From an uncultured Candidatus Rokubacteria bacterium (lineage in GTDB: Bacteria > Methylomirabilota > Methylomirabilia > Rokubacteriales > DASRDR01), in contig CAWGVS010000012.1 in NCBI GenBank assembly GCA_963826115.1, positions 384,001 to 448,000 of the forward strand: DNA of 64,000 nt. Direction: 5' to 3'. The notes below the pieces were generated by a model that was given only the letters and a program-made list of their open reading frames with translations, made no database searches and was not told the origin of the DNA. Positions 57,149-64,000 of the stretch are shown piece after piece (position 1 is the stretch's first letter; each line of letters begins with the position of its first letter). The position numbers were made by a program, and so were the translations under genes.

Positions 57149-58174
57149 ATGACTCAGCGAAGACTCTGGGGCGCCCTGGCCGCACTGGGCCTGGCGCTCG
57201 CCCTCGTGGTCCGCGCGGAGGCGGCGGACCCCGCCGTCCTCGAGGCGGCCAAGAAGGAAGGCAAGGTCGTCTGGTACTCGTCCCTCGGGCTGTCGCTCGC
57301 CCAGAAGGTCTGCGACGCGTTCAACAAGCACCAGATGGGGATCACCTGCGAGCTGGCCCGCGACGGGTCCCAGCGCATCTTCCAGAAGATCATGCAGGAG
57401 GCGTCGGCCGGGCTCACGCTCGCCGACGTCGTGCACACCTCGGACATCTCGCACTACCTCGACTTCCAGCAGAAGAACATGCTGATGCGCTACCTGCCCG
57501 CCGGCGCCGACAAGTTCGCGGCAGACTTCCGGGACAAGGACGGCCTCTACACCGTGCTGCGCGGCACGCCGTACGTGATCGGCTACAACACGCAGAAGGT
57601 GGCCGCGGCCGACGCCCCCAAGCGCTGGAGGGACCTCGCCGACCCGCGATGGAAGGGCAAGCTGGTGCACGCCCATCCCGGCTACAGCGGCGTGGTGATG
57701 ACGGGCATCCTCGGGCTCCTGCCCGTCGTGGGCGGCTGGGACTACTACGCGGCGCTCGCGAAGAACAACCCGCTGGTCGTGCAGTCCGCCGAGGACCCGC
57801 CCATGAAGCTGGCCGGCGGCGAGGCGTGGGTCGGGGCCACCGGCGAGTACAACCTCTACCGCGAGATCAAGAAGGGCAACCCCGTCGCGATCGTCTTCCC
57901 CGACGAGGGCCTGCCCTTCGTGTCCTCGGCGAACGCGATCCTCACGAAGGCGCCGCACCCGAACGCCGCCAAGGTCTTCACGGACTACCTCTTCGACAAG
58001 GAGGCCCAGCAGATCCTCGCCGACGACGGCCTCTACGTGCCCAACGCGGCCGTGACGTACCCGAAGGACAAGCGGCCGCTCAAGGAGCTGAAGCTCCTCA
58101 AGGTCGATCCCGAGGAGATGCAGAAGCGCGACGACGAGGTGAAGAAGAAGTTCCGCGAGCTGTTCGGGGTCTGA
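57149..58174 (+). CDS. Fe3+/thiamine-type ABC substrate-binding protein
   Basis: AAKKEGKVVWYS, LADPRWKG, APHPNAAK. Confidence 0.9.
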   Translation: MTQRRLWGALAALGLALALVVRAEAADPAVLEAAKKEGKVVWYSSLGLSLAQKVCDAFNKHQMGITCELARDGSQRIFQKIMQEASAGLTLADVVHTSDISHYLDFQQKNMLMRYLPAGADKFAADFRDKDGLYTVLRGTPYVIGYNTQKVAAADAPKRWRDLADPRWKGKLVHAHPGYSGVVMTGILGLLPVVGGWDYYAALAKNNPLVVQSAEDPPMKLAGGEAWVGATGEYNLYREIKKGNPVAIVFPDEGLPFVSSANAILTKAPHPNAAKVFTDYLFDKEAQQILADDGLYVPNAAVTYPKDKRPLKELKLLKVDPEEMQKRDDEVKKKFRELFGV

Positions 58175-58179
58175 GCCGG

Positions 58180-59871
58180 ATGCCGGCGGGCGCGGCGGGG
58201 CGGGGGCGGCGCGATGCCGCTCCCGCCGTGTGGCTTCTGAGCGCGGCGATCCTCGCCGTCCTCGTCGTCGCGCCGCTCGGGATCCTCCTGTTCACGGCGT
58301 TCCACGTCCCCGAGGGCCCGGGCTTCACCCTGGGCAACTTCCTCGAAGCCTTCGGCGAGGCGATGTACCGGGGGCCGGTCGCGAACTCCCTCGTCTACGC
58401 GACGTCGGTGGGCATCCTGAGCGTCCTGGTGGGAGCGCCCCTCGCGTGGCTCGTGACGCGCACCGACATGCCCGGGAAGGCGGTCGTCCGCACGCTCACC
58501 ATCGCCGCCTTCGTCACCCCGTCGTTCCTCGGCGCCACCGCCTACGTCATCCTGGCCGGCCCCAACGCGGGGCTCCTCAACGTCCTCTACCGGGCCGTCA
58601 CCGGGTCGGACGAGCCCCTCTTCAACATTTTCTCGATGACGGGGCTGATCTACGTCACCAGCCTCTACACGTTCCCCGTGGTCTTCATCCTGACCAGCGC
58701 GGCCCTGACCGCGACGCCCGCCGATCTGGAGGACGCCGCGCGGATCGCCGGCGCCGGCCGCCTGGCGGTGATGCGCACGATCACGCTCCCCCTCGCGCTC
58801 CCGGCCATCTTCGGCGGGTTCATCCTCGCCTTCCTCGAGGCCCTCGTCCTCTTCGGCGCGCCGGCGATGCTCGCCATCCCCGCCCGCTTCCACGTCATGA
58901 CCACCCAGGTCTGGGCCTTCTTCCACTACCCGCCGCAGGTCGAGGTGGCGGCCGCCTACGCGATGCCGCTCCTCCTGGTGGCGGTGGTGCTGCTCTGGGC
59001 CCAGCGACGCCTGATGGGCCGGCGCGGCTACACGACCGTCGGCGGGCGCGCCGCCGCGGCGCCGCCGATTCCCCTCGGCCGCTGGCGGTGGGTCGCCTCG
59101 GGCGCGGCCGGGCTGGTGCTCCTGCTCTCCATCGGGCTCCCGTACTTCGCGCTCCTCCGGGGCGCCCTCGCCAAGGCCTGGGGGCTCGGCTGGTCGTGGC
59201 AGAACGTCACGCTCCGCAACTTCCGGTACGTGATGTTCGAGTTCGATCCGACGCGCGCGGCCATCGTGAACACGCTGGAGCTGGCCGCGGTGACGGCCAC
59301 GCTCGCCGCGCTCCTCATGGGCGCCATCGCCTACGTCGCGCAGCGGCGTCTGGTCGCCGGCGCGCCGGCCCTGGCCTTCCTCGCCATGGCGCCGCTCGCG
59401 ATCCCGGGCATCGTGCTGTCGATCGGACTCTTCAAGGCGTACTCGCGGCCGCCCGTCCTCCTCTACGGGACGATCTGGCTCATCTTCGTCGCCTACCTGA
59501 CGAAGTACCTGCCGATCGCCTACACGGCGTGCCACGCCGCGCTCCAGACGGTGCACGTGGACCTCGAGGACGCCGCCCGCATCCTCGGCGCCAACCGGCT
59601 GGTCGCGTTCAAGGACGTGACGATGCCGCTCTTCGGCGTGGGGCTCGTCTCGGCGTGGCTCCTGGTCTTCCTCCCGAGCCTCCGTGAGCTGTCCTCGTCG
59701 ATCCTCCTCTTCACCACGCGGTCCCGGGTGGTGGCGGTCGTGATCTACACCCTCTACGAGGAGGGCCTCTGGGAAGCCGTGTCCGCGCTGGGGATCCTGC
59801 TGCTCGGGCTCACCCTCCTCCTGGTGGTGGTGGCGCAGCGGTTCCTGGGCCGGCGCTTCCTCCAGATCTGA
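58180..59871 (+). CDS. FbpB-like ABC permease (duplicated TM domain)
   Basis: Two EAA loops (LEDAARIAGA, LEDAARILGA), RTDMPG. Confidence 0.92.
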   Translation: MPAGAAGRGRRDAAPAVWLLSAAILAVLVVAPLGILLFTAFHVPEGPGFTLGNFLEAFGEAMYRGPVANSLVYATSVGILSVLVGAPLAWLVTRTDMPGKAVVRTLTIAAFVTPSFLGATAYVILAGPNAGLLNVLYRAVTGSDEPLFNIFSMTGLIYVTSLYTFPVVFILTSAALTATPADLEDAARIAGAGRLAVMRTITLPLALPAIFGGFILAFLEALVLFGAPAMLAIPARFHVMTTQVWAFFHYPPQVEVAAAYAMPLLLVAVVLLWAQRRLMGRRGYTTVGGRAAAAPPIPLGRWRWVASGAAGLVLLLSIGLPYFALLRGALAKAWGLGWSWQNVTLRNFRYVMFEFDPTRAAIVNTLELAAVTATLAALLMGAIAYVAQRRLVAGAPALAFLAMAPLAIPGIVLSIGLFKAYSRPPVLLYGTIWLIFVAYLTKYLPIAYTACHAALQTVHVDLEDAARILGANRLVAFKDVTMPLFGVGLVSAWLLVFLPSLRELSSSILLFTTRSRVVAVVIYTLYEEGLWEAVSALGILLLGLTLLLVVVAQRFLGRRFLQI

Positions 59872-59878
59872 TCGGCGG

Positions 59879-60964
59879 ATGGCCGAGGTCCGTCTCCAGG
59901 GGCTCACCAAGCGGTTCGGCGCCGACGTCGCCGCCGTCCGCGAGCTCACGCTCGCGATCCGGCACGGCGAGCTCCTGTCGCTGCTCGGCCCCTCGGGCTG
60001 CGGCAAGACCACGACGCTCCGGCTCCTCGCCGGCTTCCTCGCGCCCGAGGCGGGCGAGATCTGGCTCGGCGACCGCCGCCTCTCCTCGCCGCGCGAGACG
60101 GTGCCCCCCGAGCGGCGTGGGATGAGCATGCTCTTCCAGTCGTACGCCGTCTGGCCGCACAAGACGGTGGCCGAGAACGTGACCTACGGCTTGAAGTTCC
60201 GGGACGTGCCCCGCGCGGACTGGCCGGGACGCCTCCGGGACGCGCTCGCCCTGGTCCGCCTCGAGGGGTACGCGGACCGCTACCCGGGGGAGCTGTCCGG
60301 CGGCCAGCAGCAGCGGGTCGCCCTCGCGCGCGCCCTCGTCGTGGAGCCGGCGATCCTCCTCCTGGACGAGCCCCTGTCGAATCTCGACGCGCACCTCCGC
60401 GAGGAGATGCGCTTCGAGATCCGGCGCGTGCACGAGGCTTCCCAGATCACCACCGTCTACGTGACCCACGACCAGGCCGAGGCGATGGTGACGTCCGACC
60501 GGATCGCCGTCATGAACGCGGGCCGGGTCGAGCAGGTCGGCACGCCCGTCGAGGTCTACGAGCGGCCGGCGACGGCGTTCGTGGCGGGATTCATCGGCCG
60601 GACGAACCTCCTCAAGGGCCGGACCGCGGGCGGCGGCCGGGTGGCCTGCGAGGGCGGCCTCGACCTCCTGACGACCGCGGGCCCGGAGCATCCGCCCGGC
60701 GAATCCGTGACGGTCTCGATCCGGCCGCACACGGTCGCCGTCGCGGCGGGGGCGGGACCGGACGCGGCGGCCGACGGGAGCGTGAACGTCTTCGCGGGCA
60801 CGGTCACCCGAGCCAGCTACTTCGGGGACGCGATGGACTACCAGGTGGCGATCGCGGGAACCGCGCTGACCCTGCGCGCGGCGGGGGCGCCGGAGCCGCG
60901 CTTCACGGTGGGGCAGCCGGTGATCGCGCGGATCGAGGCGCGCGCCTGCATCGTCGTCCGCTGA
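59879..60964 (+). CDS. ABC ATPase with TOBE domain (FbpC/PotA-like)
   Basis: [27 protein letters not shown]. Confidence 0.95.
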   Translation: MAEVRLQGLTKRFGADVAAVRELTLAIRHGELLSLLGPSGCGKTTTLRLLAGFLAPEAGEIWLGDRRLSSPRETVPPERRGMSMLFQSYAVWPHKTVAENVTYGLKFRDVPRADWPGRLRDALALVRLEGYADRYPGELSGGQQQRVALARALVVEPAILLLDEPLSNLDAHLREEMRFEIRRVHEASQITTVYVTHDQAEAMVTSDRIAVMNAGRVEQVGTPVEVYERPATAFVAGFIGRTNLLKGRTAGGGRVACEGGLDLLTTAGPEHPPGESVTVSIRPHTVAVAAGAGPDAAADGSVNVFAGTVTRASYFGDAMDYQVAIAGTALTLRAAGAPEPRFTVGQPVIARIEARACIVVR

Positions 60965-61017
60965 CCGGCGGGAGGGCGGGGCGGGCTAGCTGAGGATCGG
61001 TGGGCCGACCGGCGCCG

Positions 61018-62019
61018 TCAGGCGTACTCGAAGTTGATCATGGTGTGCCCGTAGTCGCTGTACTGGCACGTCCGGCAGAGCGGGAGCTCCCGCGCCGCGA
61101 TCTGGTCGCGCACCTCGCGCATCTTCTCGCTCCGGAGGATGGCCATGAGCCCGCCGTCCCGGTGCACGTTGGCGAACACGTGGTCCCCGTCGGCGTCGTA
61201 GCAGCAGGTCGTGACGTCGCCGTTGGCGAGCACCACGCCGTTCTCGTACGTCCAGCTGCACACCGCATCCTGGAGCTTCAGCTCCACGCCGTCGTCGTCG
61301 ACCCGGTATTTCCGGTACTTCTCGTCTTTCGGCAGCATCTTCCGGGCCATCCGCTCCCGCAGGTGCTCCTTGACCCAGGAGCCGAGCGACACGTTCTTCA
61401 GCGCCAGCTGGTCGACCCGCATCGCCTCGGCCAGATCGATCATCTGGTCGATCTCGTGCTCGTTGTAGCTGAAGACCAGGGTCTGGAGGCGGATGTGCGG
61501 CTTCCGGCGCCCGGCGGCGTGCCGCCGGTGCCCGAGACGATGGATCCCCGCCTTGACCTGCTCGAAGCTGCTGCCGATTCGGTAGCGCTCGTGCGTGGCC
61601 GCGCTCGCCCCGTCGAGGCAGACGATGATGGAGCTCAGCCCCGACTCGAAGATCTTGTCGATCTCCCGGTCCTCGAGGAACGTCGAGTTGGTGCTGACGC
61701 GCACCGGCACGTTGCGCTCCTCGGCGTAGCCGATCATGTCGAAGATCTCGGGGTTGAGGAACGGCTCGCCGAAGTTCCACAGCGCGATGAGCTTCGCGTG
61801 GCCCTTGATGTCGTCGACGACCTCGCGGTAGGTGTGCGACGACATGTGGGTCCCGGGCCGGTGCATGTGGGCCGGCACCGGGCACAGCGGGCACTTCAAG
61901 TTGCACTGGGTGGTCGGCTCGACCATGAACCCTTCGGAGTAGAGCCCGCTCGCGTTGGGCACCCGGCTCAGCGTCCGGAGCCCCTTGGCCGCGCGCACTT
62001 CCGTTCGTGCCACGTTCAT
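61018..62019 (-). CDS. Radical SAM protein with SPASM/twitch domain
   Basis: CNLKCPLC, FGEPFLN, STN; C-terminal C..GDVTTCC..CRTC. Confidence 0.9.
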   Translation of the reverse strand: MNVARTEVRAAKGLRTLSRVPNASGLYSEGFMVEPTTQCNLKCPLCPVPAHMHRPGTHMSSHTYREVVDDIKGHAKLIALWNFGEPFLNPEIFDMIGYAEERNVPVRVSTNSTFLEDREIDKIFESGLSSIIVCLDGASAATHERYRIGSSFEQVKAGIHRLGHRRHAAGRRKPHIRLQTLVFSYNEHEIDQMIDLAEAMRVDQLALKNVSLGSWVKEHLRERMARKMLPKDEKYRKYRVDDDGVELKLQDAVCSWTYENGVVLANGDVTTCCYDADGDHVFANVHRDGGLMAILRSEKMREVRDQIAARELPLCRTCQYSDYGHTMINFEYA

Positions 62020-62242
62020 CCCGTTCCTCCGACCTTCCCCGACCCGCGCCGGGCCACCCAGCGATCCCACTGGGCCATCCCGGCGCCGGTCGCGTGGGCC
62101 TGATGGTGCGCGGCGGGCGCGCGGCCTGTCAAGGCCGGCGACCGGCGCCGATCGGCGTCCGCGACCCGGATCCGGGGCGGCCGCACCGATGCTAGAATAC
62201 CGCCACGATCGCCAACTCCCATCACGACGCAGGGGGGACGTC

Positions 62243-62827
62243 ATGACCTCACGGGGCCGCCGCTACCGCCTGGTCGGTGCATCGCTCGCCGCGCTCGTCG
62301 CGCTCGTCTCGGTGGCCGCGGGGGAGACCCTGTCCGGGCTCCGACCCGCCGAGCCCCAGCCGACGCAGCTGACGCCGGGCCTGGCCGTCGAGTACACCTA
62401 CGGCATGGTGAACAACATCGAGCAGCTGAAGGGCCGGAAGTACGAGGCGGGGCCGCCGCTCGAGATGATCAACTACCGCTGGAGCGGCAACGTCCTCACG
62501 AGCAAGACCCGCGAAGGGGTCGGCGCGAACATCGACGGGTTCATCCGCTTCGAGAAGGCGGGCGTGTACGGGTTCGAGGTCACCTCGAACGACGGAGTGC
62601 GCGTCGAGATCGGCGGGAAGCTCCTCCACGTGGATCCCGAGATCCACTCGGACACCACGTCGGACCGCATCGACGTGAAGATCGACGCCCCCGGCTGGTA
62701 CCCGCTGAAGATCGTCTACTTCCAGAAGAAGGGCACCGCCTCGCTCGTGCTCGCCTGGGTCGCCCCGGGGGAGAAGGGCAAGGCGGTCCCGGTGCCCGCC
62801 AAGGCCTACGGCTACGTGAAGAAGTAG
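62243..62827 (+). CDS. Secreted PA14-domain protein
   Basis: Signal peptide, GFIRFEKAGVYGFEVTSNDGVRV, GWYPLKIVYFQ; TGc-TAGAAT upstream. Confidence 0.85.
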   Translation: MTSRGRRYRLVGASLAALVALVSVAAGETLSGLRPAEPQPTQLTPGLAVEYTYGMVNNIEQLKGRKYEAGPPLEMINYRWSGNVLTSKTREGVGANIDGFIRFEKAGVYGFEVTSNDGVRVEIGGKLLHVDPEIHSDTTSDRIDVKIDAPGWYPLKIVYFQKKGTASLVLAWVAPGEKGKAVPVPAKAYGYVKK

Positions 62828-62935
62828 CCGCGCCGGCGCCCCGCACGACCGGCGCGCGTCCAGCGAGCGCGGCGGCGCCGCGGCCCTCGCCCTGAGCCAG
62901 CGGCGCGGCCGCGCGCGCCGCGACGGAGTCACGGC

Positions 62936-63721
62936 ATGTCGCCCCGACCGTCTCACCCCCGGCTCCCCGGCAAGGTCGCCATCGTCACGGGCACCGCGAT
63001 GGGTCTCGGCGAGGCGATCGCCCGGCGGCTCGCCGAGGAAGGCGCGCGGGTCGCCTGCGTGGACGTCCGCCCGGGCCCGAACGACGCCGTCGTCGACGCC
63101 ATCCGGGCCGACGGCGGCGACGCGCTCTCCGTCGAGGCGAGCGTCGCGGCGGACGCCGACACCCGGCGCGTCGTCGAGGTGACCCTCGAGCGGTTCGGCC
63201 GCATCGACATCCTGGTCAACAACGCCGGGGTGCTGCCCTCGCGGGAGACCGTCCTCGACACGACCGAGGCCGACTGGGACGAGACGCTCCGGGTGAACGT
63301 CAAGGGCGTGTTCCTCATGAGCCGCGCCGTCCTGCCGTCCATGATCGGCGCCGGCGGCGGCGCCATCGTGAACCTGTCGTCGATCACCGGGGTGGTCGGC
63401 CTGCCGGTCCGTCCCGCCTACTCGGCGTCGAAGGGCGCGGTCGCGATCCTCACGAAGCAGCTGGCCGTCGACTTCGGCCGGCACGGCGTCCGCGTCAACG
63501 CCATCGCGCCGTCGTTCGTGATCACGGACATCAACCGCGCGATGTTCGACCGGATGCGGGCGGAGGGCGCGCCCTGGGAGCAGATGCTCGACCGGCACCT
63601 GATCCGCCGGCTGGGCGAGCCGAAGGACGTCGCGGACGCGGCGCTCTTCCTCGCGTCCGACGAGGCGCGCTGGATCACGGGGGTCGTCCTGCCGGTGGAC
63701 GGGGGCTACACCGCCCACTGA
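62936..63721 (+). CDS. SDR family oxidoreductase
   Basis: TGTAMGLG, NNAG, YSASK, VDGG. Confidence 0.95.
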   Translation: MSPRPSHPRLPGKVAIVTGTAMGLGEAIARRLAEEGARVACVDVRPGPNDAVVDAIRADGGDALSVEASVAADADTRRVVEVTLERFGRIDILVNNAGVLPSRETVLDTTEADWDETLRVNVKGVFLMSRAVLPSMIGAGGGAIVNLSSITGVVGLPVRPAYSASKGAVAILTKQLAVDFGRHGVRVNAIAPSFVITDINRAMFDRMRAEGAPWEQMLDRHLIRRLGEPKDVADAALFLASDEARWITGVVLPVDGGYTAH

Positions 63722-63757
63722 GGCCGGGGCCGACGTCTCGGCCGGCGGCCCGGCCGG

Positions 63758-64000
63758 TCAGCGGGCGGGCGGCGACGGGACGGCCGGCATCCGCACCCGC
63801 CACCACATGTTCACCACGAAGAGGCCCGCGCCCGCGACCTGGGCGAGGCCGCCGAGGACGATCAGGAGCCGGAGCGCGCGCCCGCCCTCCATCGGGGCGA
63901 GGAGCTCGGCCGCGGCCCGGACGCCGGTCCCCGCGGTCAGGAGCCAGTAGACGGCCGCCGCCAGCTCCGGGCGATACCGCGCGTCGTCGCGCGCCGGCCG
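63758..64000 (-). CDS. Membrane protein, C-terminal part (start outside window)
   Basis: Manual translation RPARDDARYRPELAAAVYWLLTAG..LFVVNMWWRVR.., two hydrophobic segments. Confidence 0.6.
   Translation of the reverse strand, partial: RPARDDARYRPELAAAVYWLLTAGTGVRAAAELLAPMEGGRALRLLIVLGGLAQVAGAGLFVVNMWWRVRMPAVPSPPAR

Overview
Very GC-rich bacterial chromosomal window; gene content and style suggest a soil/sediment heterotroph such as Rokubacteria (inference only). Most of it is organic-nitrogen uptake and catabolism: three Dpp/Opp-type ABC operons, one Fe3+/polyamine-type ABC operon, an MlrC peptidase, two CocE/NonD hydrolases, three homocysteine S-methyltransferase paralogues (one BHMT-like), two Rieske oxygenases, four amine-oxidase-type flavoproteins, and an ECF sigma/anti-sigma/Spy module. 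The centre (~25.0-35.5 kb) is a less GC-rich accessory region. An ~8 kb segment is bracketed by two degenerate tRNA-Glu-derived direct repeats; the left one is split by a ~140 bp insert and abuts an IS91-like transposase remnant. This segment carries a PlmA-like GntR regulator heading a run of small genes, an orphan sensor-type diadenylate cyclase, and arfB. It is followed by hflX, a stand-alone RlmD-tail-like protein and an unannotated 33-aa K/R-rich peptide, forming a possible ribosome-rescue cluster. No CRISPR array, rRNA or intact tRNA was seen. All family calls come from motif recognition, not database searches.
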